Shown: in pieces, positions 16,915-40,157 of the stretch
Numbering within the stretch: position 1 is the first letter of the stretch
How the letters are laid out: each line of letters starts with the position of its first letter
From: the human T2T-CHM13v2.0 reference genome, Homo sapiens
Length of the DNA: 64,000 nucleotides
Reading direction: 5' to 3' (one strand)
NCBI RefSeq assembly: GCF_009914755.1
Contig: NC_060925.1
Position numbers and translations under genes: made by a program
Notes under the pieces: generated by a model
Told to the model about the DNA's origin: nothing
The model's input: only the letters and a program-made list of their open reading frames with translations
Database searches by the model: none

Positions 16915-17194
16915 TGTGAGGTAATATGGAGCTTTGTGGATTTCATTCCTCCAGCTCCACCCTCCCCCCAACATTTTGATTCCATTGGGAAATCTTACTG
17001 TCATTTTAAATTATAATAGGAATATTAACTCAGTTTATTGGAATAAAAGATATAAGAAAAAGTTCTTCTCCTACTTATATACCAGGAGTGTGGGTTTCAA
17101 CTCTGGCCAGTGAAACAAGCAAAATATGTTAATTTGGTAAAAAATTTCCATAATAACAGTTCCTTTGATTCTAAGGAAGGAAATAAAGATTTCA

Positions 17195-18778
<1,584 letters not shown>

Positions 18779-18785
18779 TAATGTA

Positions 18786-19070
18786 ATGCCTGTAATCCTA
18801 GCACTTTGGGAGGCCGAGGTGGGAGGACTGCTTGAGCTCAGGAGTTTGAGACCAGCCTGGGCAATGTAGCAAAACCCAATCTCTACCAAAAATACAAAAA
18901 AATTAGCCGAGCATGGTGGTGTGCGCCTGTAGTTCCACCTACTTGGGGGTCTGAGGTGGGAGGATCACTTGAATCTGGGATGCGGAGGTTGCAGTGAGAT
19001 CGTGCCATGGTACTCCAGCCTGGGTGACAGAGTGAGATCGTGTCTCAAAAAAAGAAAAAGAAAAAAAAAG
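18786..19070 (+). mobile_element. AluJ-like, 5' end clipped
   Basis: Alu consensus match. Confidence 0.9.
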
Positions 19071-20159
19071 AACCAGAATATAATCCTGTTTATAAATCTT
19101 TAAATTTGGAGGTAATACTTTACCATCTAAAATTGTTCTTACTAATAATGATATAAACTGAATTATGCTATAATTGCCCTTATTCCAGTGAAGTCTCTGT
19201 TGTTACTTGTTTAATTATCTGGTGGTGAAAATTACATACAGATAATATGTGTTCCTGAAGAGAAATGCACCTCTGACATAATTCTCCTCCTTTTATTTGG
19301 AGGGGTGGGTGTTATATCGATAAAGACGGTGTATATTCTCTTTATTGATGTCCTTGTCACATAAAGGAGTTCAGTTAATGTTTGTTAATAATAACTACTT
19401 GGTATCTGTAGTTGAGAGGTTTTAAATAGATAATTTTTAAAATGAGCTATATCACCAACCCCAAATAGTGTTAAATGTAACTTTTATACTGCAACCATAG
19501 CATCAACCTAAGGGAAAAAAAGGAGTTTCATAACTCTAAAGGAAGGAAGGTATTGTGGAGCAGTGAATATATTAAGTATAAGTGTTTAATATTCTGTTTT
19601 AAAATTTTCTTTAAATTAGGAAATGGGCCAAAGTTAATGGATTGATGTGGATTGTGAGGCTAACGTCAGAATACTGTATATTAGCCACTGAATATTTATT
19701 TCTCTTGTGTATTTTGGTGGGATTCCTTACATAGGTTTGGCAACAAAACTAGAAAATAAATTTCCTTTCAGTGATACAAAATTCTGTTGGGCTAGCTGAA
19801 TTAGATTGACATTAGTCAAGATTTGCCAGAAACATTGTAGTAGTGCTGGTTAATATAGCCTGGTTTTGCAAGGTGGCCTCAGACTGCTGTTATACTTGTG
19901 AACTAGCCAGAGTATCCCAACTGTGATAGGAAAGTAGACATTGTATGATGTATGGGAAATTCATCTTTGAAAAAAGTGAGTTTATGCCTTTCAGATCCAT
20001 ACTGTGAATGAATGAATATAAGAGTGAAAACGCTGCTGACAAAGATTTGGATATTTGATAACGTATACAATTTTATTCTTTTACTAAATGTTTATTCCTT
20101 TTTACTAAAAAAAAAATACTTTTGTGATTGAGAAGAACCTTAACATTGTCTACTTCAAC

Positions 20160-20367
20160 TTCTTTTTTTTTTTTGAGATGAATTCTCGCTCTTTCGCCCA
20201 GCCTGGAGTGCAATGGCGCAATTTTGGCTCACTGCAACCTTCACCTTGCAGTGCTAAAGGGGTTTCACCGTGTTGGCCAGGATGGTCTTGATCTCCTGAC
20301 CTCGTGATCCACCTGCCTTGGCCTCCCAAAGTGCTGGGATTACAGGCGTGAGCCACTGCACCTGGCC
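20160..20367 (-). mobile_element. Alu with about 100-nt internal deletion
   Basis: Right-arm end joined directly to left arm. Confidence 0.9.
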
Positions 20368-20734
20368 AACTCTTTTTCAAAAAAAGAATCTCCTGCTATA
20401 ACACCTATCATCAGTTGGATTGGAACTGTGCAAAATGTGGATGTAAACAATTTAGGATTAACTAGACATAATGTGACAATTTTGGATATTTTATATTTTA
20501 GATTCCACTTTTTATTTTGGTCTACTGATTTCCAGTAGAAAAAATTTTAGGATTTCTGTAACACGTAAATAATTGCAACTTCAATAACATATGATTACTT
20601 GAAATAGCGACTCTATTTTTCATTTCATTGAAGTAGTAACTGCATTTTGTTTCATACCTATACTCCTCCCTGCTTCAATATTTAGCATGTCACTTTGACC
20701 AATAAAGATAAAATTATGAAGAAGATAGCTGACT

Positions 20735-20845
20735 GGTTTAAATATCAAAGGGCTGCCCTAGGGTTCACTGGTCTGGTTCATGCTGTTTGATGTATTAAAG
20801 ACATTCATAAGGGCAAACAAGGTATTAGCAAATATGTCAGATGTT
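20735..20845 (+). mobile_element. Highly decayed CR1/L3 reverse-transcriptase fragment
   Basis: ggg ctg ccc tag ggt tca (GVPQGS-like) ... agc aaa tat gtca gat g (SKFADD-like). Confidence 0.45.
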
Positions 20846-21096
20846 TTATGTTTTTAATGTGGGATGAAATAAACTCATACACAAGGAGAGAGGGAGAGAA
20901 ACCTACATTATGACTGAAAGAAAATATCCTGTGCATAGAGCTAAATATGCAGAGCATGGTGGAACCACAAAAAGGGAGATAAGGCAGGGTACCTAATTAT
21001 TCAGAAACGAGAATGGAATAGCACCAGATATGCAAGGGAAGGCCAAATTAATGGATCAGTGTAACTTTAAACTTGTTGCTTAATTTTGAATCTCTT

Positions 21097-21779
<683 letters not shown>

Positions 21780-22184
21780 GCAGTTATTCTAGATATACCG
21801 CAGAATAGTTTAGCCACTTTAATGTTTATTATAGGAATTTTATATTAGTTCTTGCTAACCAGCGAAATTCTTTCAGTTATGTTAGTCTACTGACTAGAAT
21901 GCATTTTGGTTTGCTACAAATTGAAATGGGTGTTTTTTTTTTCATGTTCTTTTTAAACATTCCCCTCATTCTGTATAAAACATACTTGTGGACATTGTCT
22001 ACTTAAGCCTTTATACTATTTATACTGTAGAAGTTATATCTAATATATCTCAAATCATTTGGGGATTTTGTTTTTTCAAGAAAAGTTTGAAACATACTCA
22101 AACAACAGTTCTTAGAAAGCTGCTTAGGATGGTACTGAATTTACTTGTGCTAAGTGGCGAGAATGGATTATTGAAAGTGAAGCA

Positions 22185-22565
<381 letters not shown>

Positions 22566-22619
22566 TTACGCTATTTTTATATGCTTGTGTGATATTTGAT
22601 TCATTAAAAAGAATTTATG

Positions 22620-24170
<1,551 letters not shown>

Positions 24171-24781
24171 TGATAGCATTTAATTTAATAATCAGAACAA
24201 CCTGTAACTATCAACAGTTTAATAAACTGTGGCTTAGAGATGTTATGTATCCAAGAAGCCACATAGATAGCAAGTGGCTGAACAAGTTCAAACCCATGTT
24301 TGTTTAACTTTAGGACCAGACTCTAGCAGTAAGTCGTTTTGTCTTTCTATAGTAAGTGTCCACAATCAGGCTTTATATATAGTATAATTGGGATTTATTT
24401 TAGTGTGAATGTTTAAGGCATACATCTATTTTGAAGAGTAAAATGTATGTATATGTTAATAAAAAACTGTCTTGGTCCCAGTCTCCTAAATTTATGCTCT
24501 GCCAACCTTAACATATGGCTACTGTTCTGAAGGGAGCAGGAGAAAGGCAGAAGGCCAAAGGGCCTCCCCTCTCCCTTCTTGCTTAGAACACAGATGGCTG
24601 GCTGGGTAACAGAAGAGCCATCTTGTGACCTTCAGCCTCTTGAGTAGCTTGTTCTTATTAACAAAAATCCCCATATAATTAAGAGCAGATTGTTTCCAAC
24701 TAAAAGGCCACATTTCCTACCTCTCTTTACAGATAGAGGCAGCCTCCCAAGAGGGAAGAGACATCTTGAACAGGCACCTAG

Positions 24782-25122
<341 letters not shown>

Positions 25123-25309
25123 TAACCCTCTTCAATTTACCAAGGATGGTATTATGGCTTTTGGTTTTTAATTATTGAGAAAATATATCTATAAAAGCTG
25201 ACTTCTGCTGGGTTCAGTGGCATGGGCCTGTAGTCACAGTTAAGAGGCTGAGCAACATAAGACCCCATTAAAAAAAAAACAACCCCAACTCTTACACATT
25301 TACCCTGTG

Positions 25310-25313
<4 letters not shown>

Positions 25314-25342
<29 letters not shown>
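25314..25342. repeat. (AC)n microsatellite
   Basis: Seen directly. Confidence 0.95.
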
Positions 25343-25344
<2 letters not shown>

Positions 25345-25517
25345 TGTGATGTGTGTTGGAGGAATTGGAGCAGGAGACTGAAGGGACTACAGTAATGGAG
25401 TAGAAGCAAATCAGAAAAGACTTGAAGTGAGAGGATATCTACTAAGGGAATTTGGCCTAGGCAGACAGAAGTTGTCCAGGAAAAAGGTACTATGCACATT
25501 GTTTGAAATCGAGATCA

Positions 25518-25847
25518 GGCTGGGCGTGGTGGCTCATGCCTGTAATCCCCCCACTTTGGGAGGTAGAGGCAGGAGGATTACTTGAGCTCACAAGTTTGAG
25601 ACCAGCCTGGGCAACATGGCAAAACCCTGTCTCTACAAAAAATACAAAAACTAGCCAGGTATGGTAGTACACACCTGTGGTCCTAGCTACTTGGGAGGCT
25701 GAGATGGGAGGATCACTTGAGCCTGGGAGGTTGAGGCTGCAGTGAGCTGTGATTGTGCCATTGTACTGCAGCCTGATTGTGCCATCGTACTGCAGCCTGG
25801 GAATGACGGAGCAAGACCCTGTCTCAAAATAAATAAATAAATAAAAA
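25518..25847 (+). mobile_element. AluJ with internal 24-bp tandem duplication (25750-25797)
   Basis: TGATTGTGCCAT(T/C)GTACTGCAGCC x2. Confidence 0.9.
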
Positions 25848-26190
25848 TCAGGAGATCACTATACTTAAGAAAACTAAGAATTGGCTTGAAAATTAGTGTT
25901 ACTGTTTGATCTTGATTTCAATCTATGGAGAGTCAGGGGTGACCTTGCCTCCTCACTTGTTAGGGGAACTGAGAAAAATATGTCTAATTCATATTGGGGA
26001 TATAAGCAAGGGTAGGGTTAGAGGAAAAACAGAATTATATAGCCTGTATTAAACTGGGTCAAATTGAATTGTGTAATGAGACTTTATGCTTATAATTTAC
26101 TACCTGATATAGTAAAATAAAATTTTATCCCTTCCTGGAGTGAGGAGATACTTTTTTTTTTTTTTCTGTCAGTTATCAAAGTGGTTCGTG

Positions 26191-26498
<308 letters not shown>

Positions 26499-26810
26499 GT
26501 GGTTTATGCTCATTTTAGTCAATCTGGAAAATACAGAAAAGGGGAAAGGGAAACATTCCTCCATAGGAAGATAACCACTCTTGGTATGTTTCTTCAATAA
26601 TGTATTTTTTAAACATACTGTAACCACAATGATGGTGTTAGGTTATCAATTATGTGTATAATATATATTATGGAAGATAAGTATTTCCAGACAAGGGCTA
26701 TTATCTAGGAGTTTTTCTCCATTTTTGCCCATTGCTTCTTTTTGTAAATTTCTTGCGTAAATTTAGATGAAGCTAGAGATTTAACTTGTCTTTTCCTGGA
26801 AACAACGTGA

Positions 26811-27044
<234 letters not shown>

Positions 27045-27747
27045 TGAATTAGAATTGAAATAAGGTCTACATATTGCAAGTGATTGATATGTCTCTTAAG
27101 TTTCTTTCAGTCCATAGGTATACTCTTATCTCTCTCTCTCTTTTTCTTATAATGTGTTTGTTGAAGAAACTGGATCATTTATCCTGTAGAATTTCTACTC
27201 AGTCTGGATTTTGTTGATTTCAGTTCCATGGTAGAGTTTAATAGGTTTCTTGGTTTTTTTTTTGTATTTCCTGTAAATTATTTGAATTTACACATAATTG
27301 AATCTTAAAATTGAGAAGGAAAACCATGCGGGCCTTTTGCTGTCTCAAGGGTTGCAGTTAATCAGCTGACTTGAGAAATCCCTGCTGCCCAGGGACCAGA
27401 TGAAACATAGACAAGATGGCATGTTAACTTTGGATTTCTTGCCTAATCTGGACACATTTGTGTTTAAAAAGGAAGCCTGGATTATGCCACTGCACTCCAG
27501 TCTGGCTGACAGGGCAAGACCCGGTCTCTGAATGAATGTATGAATGCATACATGCATGCATGCCTGATCCAAGAACCTGATGAATTGAACCGTTTTCCAA
27601 TGAAGGTGACATTAGACTAATTTAATGATAAGACAAAACTAAACTTTTTTTAGTGAGAAAAACATGCTTTCAATTTATTTGTATTAGTTAGATCTCATTT
27701 TCATCTTACGTAGTTAATAAAGAATGGATGGACACCAGGGTCCGAAG

Positions 27748-28067
27748 CCAAGGTTCTCAAAGTTAAGCATTTATCAAAATCACTTGGAAGGCTTGCAGAC
27801 AGATTGCTGGACATCATCCCCAGAGATTCTGATTCCATATGTCAGGGTCGAGTCTGAGATTTGCATTTCTAGCAAGTTCCCAGGTGATATCAGTGCTCCT
27901 GGTTAGGGGACCACACTTTGAGAACTATTAGGCTGAAGTTCAAGGATCTGCATTAGAATTACCTTTGGAGCTTTAAAAAACTCTTGAAGATGCCAGTCAG
28001 AGGCCTCTGCATCTATATTTTAACATGTTCCATAACAATTCTAATGCGCACCCCAGGTGAGAACTGC
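27748..28067. mobile_element. MER5-family hAT-Charlie elements (MER5A plus an adjacent fragment)
   Basis: ggttctcaaa...gatttgcatttctagcaagttcccaggtgat...ggaccacactttgagaac. Confidence 0.8.
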
Positions 28068-29279
28068 TGCTGTAATTATTTATAGTTTATTCCTCCATAT
28101 TTCCCAAGAAATGCTCATTCATTATTCATTTCAAAATGTTAAAAGACTTCTAATATTGTTTAGGCACATGGTTAGGAAGGATTCATTGTTTTATACTGTG
28201 CTATTTATCATTGTTGTAGAGGGCAAAGTAAAAGAAAAGTGCTAAATAACAAAGAGCTATTGGCACCTGTCCTGGAAAATCAGTATTAATGCTCTTGCTT
28301 GCTGCAAAGATAACTGCTATTTTAAGATTATTAATTTTTCCCAAAGGAAAATTGAAAATAGTTTGGTTTGAGGTTGCTGTTCCTTAAATCAGGGAACCCC
28401 TTTGTTTAGCATTAGATCCTGAACTTTCCATTAGCCAATGTATGTGTGAGCCAATAATGAATGATGACATTTCAGTCGTTTTTGGAGACATGCCAATTAG
28501 TGTATAAGAAATTTTTAGTTCTTAAGTAACTTTTTTTTAAGGAAAGGCTCAAACTTCACACAATATACTAATACTTCTACTTTACACTTCACAAGTCTCC
28601 CAATTTTAGGGTTTAAAAATCTTTCACTGACTTGAAAAACATGCCGATGGTTGATTTCATGCCACCATGTTTAAGGCATGTTTGGTTTAGTTCAAAAGCA
28701 CATTCCCTATATGTCACTGGGAACAAAAAGATGACTTAGGCATAGTTCCAATTCAAGCCCAGTCTGATGAAGTGATTTCCAACCTTAATTAGTAACCATT
28801 AATTATGTAGACCCCGTTCGTGTGATACGAGTTATAATTTTAATAATTCTTGATTAGCAGAACACATGATAAAGCTATTATAAATCAGTACATCTTTTAT
28901 TAATAAATGTGCTTTGATTTTATTAATCACAACAGCATCTACATATATTTGAAAAATAGTAGCTGGAGCCATTATTCAGTCTACAAGCAGTATTGGTGCA
29001 TGTGACTTTTGAACCCCTGTGATAAACTTGAAAGCCTCCAAGAGTCCATGGCCTCTACTTTCAGGGAAGTAGGTTGACTATTATTGTTACTAGCGTTACC
29101 ACTTGCTAATAATGCAAGTACACAGGCCAGTTACAATGGGTATTTGTACAAGAATTAAGGAATTTTCCTTCGTATTGCCCTAGTGGGGAAGGGACAAGTC
29201 TTATCTTCCTATTTGAATTATACTTGTAAATGAAATGTTTAACAAGTAAGTTCTTGGTTTTTCCTTGACAATCTGATGA

Positions 29280-29590
<311 letters not shown>

Positions 29591-31359
29591 TGATGATCTA
29601 TTTTTCTACTTGACTGTCCTCCGTTTACTGAGTGGGTATAGGTGGGAACTTGACAAGGTTAATGACAGGTTGTGGAGAAGATTGAGTGAGAGATGATGCT
29701 GGGTGGGAGTCAGAGGAGACTGGACAGTGAAGGGAATGGAGAATAGGATCCACAGCCTGCATATATACTGTATATGTTGTCTGTTTTAACTACCGTAAGA
29801 AGTACTAATTAATCTGTTTGAAAACAATGACTTTTCAGAAAAATCATAGTTAACTGTTATATAATAAACACTATAACTTTTGTGATAATTTGAGAAGAAA
29901 TTCCCTTGACAAATGCAGTTTACTAACAAAGGTTTGCTTTAGGACCATATGCATAATTCTACTTAATCTCAAATGAGTTGTTTCCTTTTTTGCAATTAGA
30001 TGTGTGTGCAGTAAGAGAAAGGGATGAATCAATCTGCAGTCAGTGCTGTGAGTCAGTTGCAGCTGCCATGTAAAGTACTCTCATTTAGCTATTAAAAGCC
30101 TTTGAAGTCTTGCATGTGTAAAATATTCCTAATTCGCTAGGAACACACATGGCTGTGTGTGTATACATGTCATTGTGCGGTAGGCTGTTCTTTATTAGAA
30201 AAGTATATATCTCTGTTGGGTACTAATTACAACTGTGGCTAGGAAACTGCAGCAAGGCAAATAACAAAGGCAACAAAGGCAAGAGAGAGAGAGAACTGGG
30301 CTTTGCTGTTTTACACCTCCAGCATAAATAAGACATGCTGTGAGTAAACACAGCTGTATGGAAAATTAGTTTTGAAGAATTGAAAGTAAATAACTGCTGG
30401 CTTATTCAGCACATCTATACTGTAGGTCTCCAAGAACAAGAACATTTTCTTGAAACTAGAGAACAGTTGTAGGTTGAGTTATTTGTCTCTTGGAAAGTTG
30501 TTTGACAAATTAATCTTTGTTGGGCTGTACTCAGTATTATATTATAGCCTTTATGCAACACAAAACCACAAGTAAACCTTAGGAATTTCATTATTAGATA
30601 ATTATGTGTAACACTTTAATATTTATATTACTACAGAATAATTCAGAGTAAGAATCATCTAAAATATTATTTATTAAGCACCTACTATACAGTTCTTCTG
30701 ATTAGGTACTGTGGGAGATACAGATATTTCAAATACAGATAAACCTTACCTTCAAAGAGCTTGCAGTCTAGCAATATACATGAAATAATAGAGGACACAG
30801 TAGAGTTTAATGTAATGCTGGATGATATAAAGAAGCTGTCTAAATTTCAAGAAGAAATCACTGAGTGCTAGAGTTTAGGAAAGGCTTCCTACATGAGCTG
30901 CAACTTGAGCTTAGCCTTGAAATAGTGAAAATAATTCTATAGGCAAGACATGAAGAAAACATTAAAAAAGACTAGATTGCATGTAATGTGAAGAGTGGAT
31001 AGGATTGTGGTTGAATCTGGAGTAAGTCAGCCCTGTTTTGAAGCTTTTGCATTAAAGCTTAAGTTGGCATAGGCCATGTATCTTGTAGGTATGGCTAACA
31101 TCTGTCAGATCTGGTTTTGGCAGAATAGTACCACACTACCTAGTAAAATCCTTTTTCATGAGGAATACTCTGCAGGGGAAGTAAGAGAACATTAGAAGTA
31201 GTTTTTAGGCATCTTCATGGGGATGCCCATTGATTTTTGCCAATAATGATTGCTTCTAGATAATTCATTTTTCCTCCACTATATGTAGAGACTGTCAAAA
31301 TAATAAAAAAGGAAAGGAAAAAGAATGTTCAATCTGCCTGACAGAAACATTGCTAAAAC

Positions 31360-32057
31360 TTTTTTTTTGAAACGGAGTCTCACTCTGTCACCCAGGCTGA
31401 AGTGCAGTGACATAGTCTTGGCTCATTGCAACCTCCGCCTCCTGGGTTGAAGCAATTCACCTGTCTCAGTCTCCCTAGTAGCTGGGACTACAGTTGCATG
31501 CCACCACACCCAGCCAATTTTTATATTTTTAGTAGAGACGAGGTTTCACTATATTGGTCAGGCCTGTCCCAAACTCCTGACCTCAGGCGATCCACCCGCC
31601 TTGGCCTCCCAAAGTGCCAGGATTACAGATGTGAGCCACCATGCCCCTCCAGCTAAAATATTTTTATACTGGGCCATTGTTTTTAAGAATTGGTCTTTAA
31701 AAATGGCCTATTTTGCTGTGGGGAAAAAATCAATTTCAGTGAAGTTTACAGTTTTATGAACCTGTGCTTCTCCTCCAATTCCTTATACCGTCTTCATACT
31801 CCTCTAGTTTGATTCTCTTTACTTTCTACTTAGTTGAAATTACTGTTATAATTCCAGCAAATACCTTTCCATACTGTTTGAATTTTCTAACCATGGCCAT
31901 GTGTTACTTTTTAATTTAATTTAATTTATTATTATTTTTTTTTAGAAATGGAGTCTTGCTATGTTAACCAGGCAGGTCTCGAACTCCTGGCCTCAAGCAA
32001 TCCTCCTGCCTTGGCCTTCCAAAGTGTTGGGATTATAGGTGTTGAGCCACTGCACCC
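31360..32057 (-). mobile_element. AluS (31360-31652) and FLAM-like monomer (31910-32057)
   Basis: Alu consensus match. Confidence 0.85.
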
Positions 32058-32153
32058 TACTTTTATTTATTTAAAAGAAGCTTCAACAGATATTACCTGG
32101 TTAGTAGGATTACAGGATTATTTTAATGTTCTCTATATTTAAAAAATTAATGA

Positions 32154-32869
<716 letters not shown>

Positions 32870-33156
32870 TTAATTCTGACTGTAAGGATTACAGAAATAA
32901 AATTCATGGAAAACATGGCGTGTGGGCAGGGCTTTGAAGGAGGGTTAGAATTTCAGCAGGTGGAGATGCAGGCTTGGGGTATTATAAAGAAGGCAGATGC
33001 AGGGAAGTGCAGGCTGTTTTAGGAAGCAGCAAGTAGTTCTAGGTGGGGCTGGTGGGAGAAGAGACTAGTGAGGGCAGATCACAGCCAAGCTGGGGTGCTA
33101 TGGGAAAGGAGTTTGGATTTTATACCATAGCTACTACGGAGCCTTTAAAAGTTTGA

Positions 33157-34307
<1,151 letters not shown>

Positions 34308-34393
34308 TAGGGAGACTGCATTATTATGAATAAGAACCTTGAGCTATATAGGATTTATTACCCCTACAATAAATGGTCAAGTTTGCTATAACT

Positions 34394-35003
<610 letters not shown>

Positions 35004-35984
35004 GATGGCTATCACTTTGGATTTTGATGTGTCTCTTTCTTTCTTTTAGGCTGTTTCTTTACTCATTGTATGTATCTAGAAGAATCATAACCCCTTCTAC
35101 TTTAAATTCATCTGTTACATTTGACAAACAAACTTGTTAGAATTAGGCAAAAAACAAAGGTAAAGGGACTCTGAATGAGGGCCAAAAGGGGCTTTCCTAT
35201 ATAATAAATATGTGTTTTATAGTGCTTTTTAATTCCTATGGCATTTGCAGTTTTAAGAAAAATCACCTTACATGAATAAGGTGTTAAGTGCTCTCCGAGA
35301 GTGTCCTGGTTTATTACGTTGTACTTTAATAAGAATTAATAAGTGGTTGAGTGATAGAGTTGTTGAATAAAGGATAAAGTAGCACACTAAAGCTTAAGAT
35401 CATTGATGTAATGAAAGTAAACCAGGCTGGGAATCTGAACACCCGGTTTATAGTCCCAGTCCTGCCACTGTAGGACATTGAATAGGTGATGTTACTCATC
35501 TGAAATTGTATCTGTTTTGATAACATGGGGATAATATCTCTTCTCTCTACTTGAACAATGAGGTAACACTGATGACCAAGTCATGTCCTTCCATGTGTGT
35601 GGGAATATGTAATACATTTCTCAGGAATACATATATTAACACTATGATTCTCATACCTTCACAAAAATAAAAATGAAAAATTCAACTTTATGCCAATGCA
35701 AATTACTATCATCACTCAAGTTTGATTCTTCCTTTCCAGATCCAGGAGTGGAATAAATCTTTACAGTACAGTTTAAATCTTTAGAGGAAACTCCCATCAA
35801 TTTTCTCTTCTTTTGTGAGGAGAGCAAACTGGTTCCTCCTCTATATAGAAACCCATCATGGGTTTATAGCTTTTTTGGCAATAGTAATTTTAGTGTATTT
35901 GCCGTTAAATTTTAAGTTGGTTTTTGCTCTTATTCCTAAATTGATTTCTCTAGTTGATATTGGATTTTTTTTTTAATGGAGATA

Positions 35985-36366
<382 letters not shown>

Positions 36367-36580
36367 ATAATTCATATACCATAAATTCTACACTGTACAC
36401 TAAAATGTGTAACTTGGGGTTTTTAGTATATTCAAAAGTTGTGCCACTATCACTACTATCTTATTCCAGCACATTTTTGTCACCCCAGCAAGAAACTCTG
36501 TACCCATTAGCAGTCATTCCCCATTCTGGTTTTCCCCAGCCCCTGCAACTCTAATCTACTTTCTGTCTCTGGATTTGACT
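36367..36580 (-). mobile_element. L1M 3' end fragment
   Basis: ttttagtatattca...gtacccattagcagtcattcccc...ctaatctactttctgtctct. Confidence 0.7.
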
Positions 36581-36683
36581 AGGTTAGAACTTTCTGTCTC
36601 TGGATTTGACTAGGTTAGAACTTTCTGTCTCTGGATTTGACTAGGTTAGAACTTTCTGTCTTTGGATTTGACTGGGTTAGAAC
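36558..36683. repeat. Minisatellite, 4 x 31 bp (ACTTTCTGTCTCTGGATTTGACTAGGTTAGA)
   Basis: Copies start at 36558, 36589, 36620, 36651; the last has 2 mismatches. Confidence 0.95.
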
Positions 36684-37290
36684 TCAGGTCTGTCAGAATC
36701 CAAACCCCATTGCCCCTCAGTTTAGGTCCCCATAACTTTTTGTTTATGTAGCTGCTGGAGCATTTATGGCTCGCAGTATGTGTTGAACTGTCAGTAGTTG
36801 GGTGTGGGGTTCTCTCTCACCACAGATTTTTATGGTTTTTTTAATAAGGTAAAATTAAATGAGTGTTTGTAATAATAATAAAAATAAAGATATTCTCTAT
36901 TCCTTTGTGTAACATTTTAGACATTTATATTTTTTCTTTTAATGGATGACCATGGGATTTTTAGATATCTTTGCATTCTTAGTGCCTTGTGCTTGGTGAG
37001 TGACAGTAGTCTTAATTGAACTAAATTGTAATTACATTCATTACTCTTAACAAAACCAGCTCCCATTAGGATGAACAGTTTTTCTAAAATAAAACAAGTT
37101 TGTTTTTTTATATATACATATAAAAAGCAATAACAAAAACAAACAAATGAAAATAATCCACCATCAATGCTTCTATTTATTTTGAGTGCCAATTTTGTTA
37201 GCATGAATGGGAAACAACTGACTTTTGAGAAATGCCATTGGATCTGGAAAGCCTGATGAGGGCTACAAGCTACATTCAGTAAAATCAGAA

Positions 37291-37292
<2 letters not shown>

Positions 37293-37335
<43 letters not shown>

Positions 37336-37343
37336 TGTGTGTG
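37293..37343. repeat. (GT)n microsatellite
   Basis: Seen directly, one interruption. Confidence 0.97.
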
Positions 37344-38109
37344 ATTTTAGCCTTGTATGACCAACTAAATAAAATGTAAATCTGAAAGAATCATTTCAAG
37401 TTTCTGGTAACAATGGAGAAATAACATGGAATTGAGAGTTAAGAAGCTTAGGTTTGGGTTTTGGCTCTGCCTCTGATGAGCAGTAACTCAGCCTAATTTT
37501 ATCTCATAGTCCCTCTGGAGGAGAATGGGTCAGGAGATTCTTAACCTATTGTTGCAAAATTTTATTTTGGAACATTTCTGAGGAAAGGGTCTGTGGCTTT
37601 CATTAGATTCTCAGATCGTTCATGGCAACAAAAAGAACCACTTGATCAGATGATTTATCAGTCTCATTGAGGTTTAAGATTTTGTGATGCTTCATTATAA
37701 CCCTGGTTTGACCAGCTTATATACCCAGGGTTACACCGTGAGTTTACACTCAACATTGTCTTTGAAGACTCAGAATGACTTTTAGCACATTTAAACTATT
37801 TTGGATATCCCATAGACGCGTCAACTTTTCTAAAAACAGAACAGTCATCCTTCAGTTAGTGCTTTTTTCTGACTCTGAAGCTGGTGCTATAATCCACTCT
37901 GTCATACTGTCTTTCTTCAGTACTTCTTGAATCCTTCTCCTTTTCTTCCATCTCAACAAACCTTGATTCAGGCTCTCATGATCTTTCATCAAACTTGTTA
38001 GGAGAGCTTCCTATTAGTCTATTTCTATTTCCTGTATCCGTTCTCTCTCACACACACATTAACACATATTTTACTATGGTACTTCCATATTTAACATCGT
38101 CTAATGGCA

Positions 38110-39070
<961 letters not shown>

Positions 39071-39853
39071 GAATTCAGTAATTATTTAATTATTGCATGG
39101 GGTTTTTTGAATTAGTGAATAGGTTTTTAAATATTGCTTGTAGTTTTGGTAAAACTTTAATTATCATCTTCCTCAAAGGAGAAAAAAGAAAAATATTTAG
39201 TTGTTTAATTATGGGGAAAAAACCTTTTTTTGATCTTGTAATTCTCATAGGCCTCCAATGAGAATTTTATTTTATTGCTTTAATGTTTTCATAGAACCTA
39301 GTAACCCAGGAAAGCATTTTATAATTTTTTTTTTAGAACTTTTTTGAAACTGATTTCCTGTTGGGGTTTAGTATAGGGTATTATTACTTAAGAGAATAAG
39401 GTGTAAGTCTGGAGACTGTATCAAAGAGAAAGAAGATGAATGAATCAGGTATAGACACAGAATGAGGTAACAGGGTTTTTGAGTCTCTTGTTTGGCTCAT
39501 GATCTTTTCAACACCATTGAAACACACACAACCTCATTTTTTTTTCAGAGCACATATAAATGAAGAATGACCTGGAGGTTAGGTGGGAATGGGTAGGACT
39601 GCCTCTCTCTGGACTCAGATTCCTGGGAGCTGACCCAGAACTGAATGCCCTTAGGGATTTCAAACTCATTACCATTTGTAGTGATGCACTTCACTCTGAT
39701 CTCCTTTCAGTGTTACCTTTGTTAGAGACTACACTAGAAAGGAAAATACTTGGAATAAACTTTAGCGTTTTCAAAGTTTTGTACTGCCACATGGGATGAC
39801 TATTAATTCCTTTTGGCTGGCACACAATAATTTAGCAAATTATTATTTTGTAA

Positions 39854-40157
<304 letters not shown>

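Noticed and set aside
28770-29020. Possible old hAT/MER element
   Set aside because: Resemblance too weak to name or delimit.
36558-36683. CRISPR-like 31-bp repeats
   Set aside because: Contiguous units with no spacers, in human DNA; a minisatellite.
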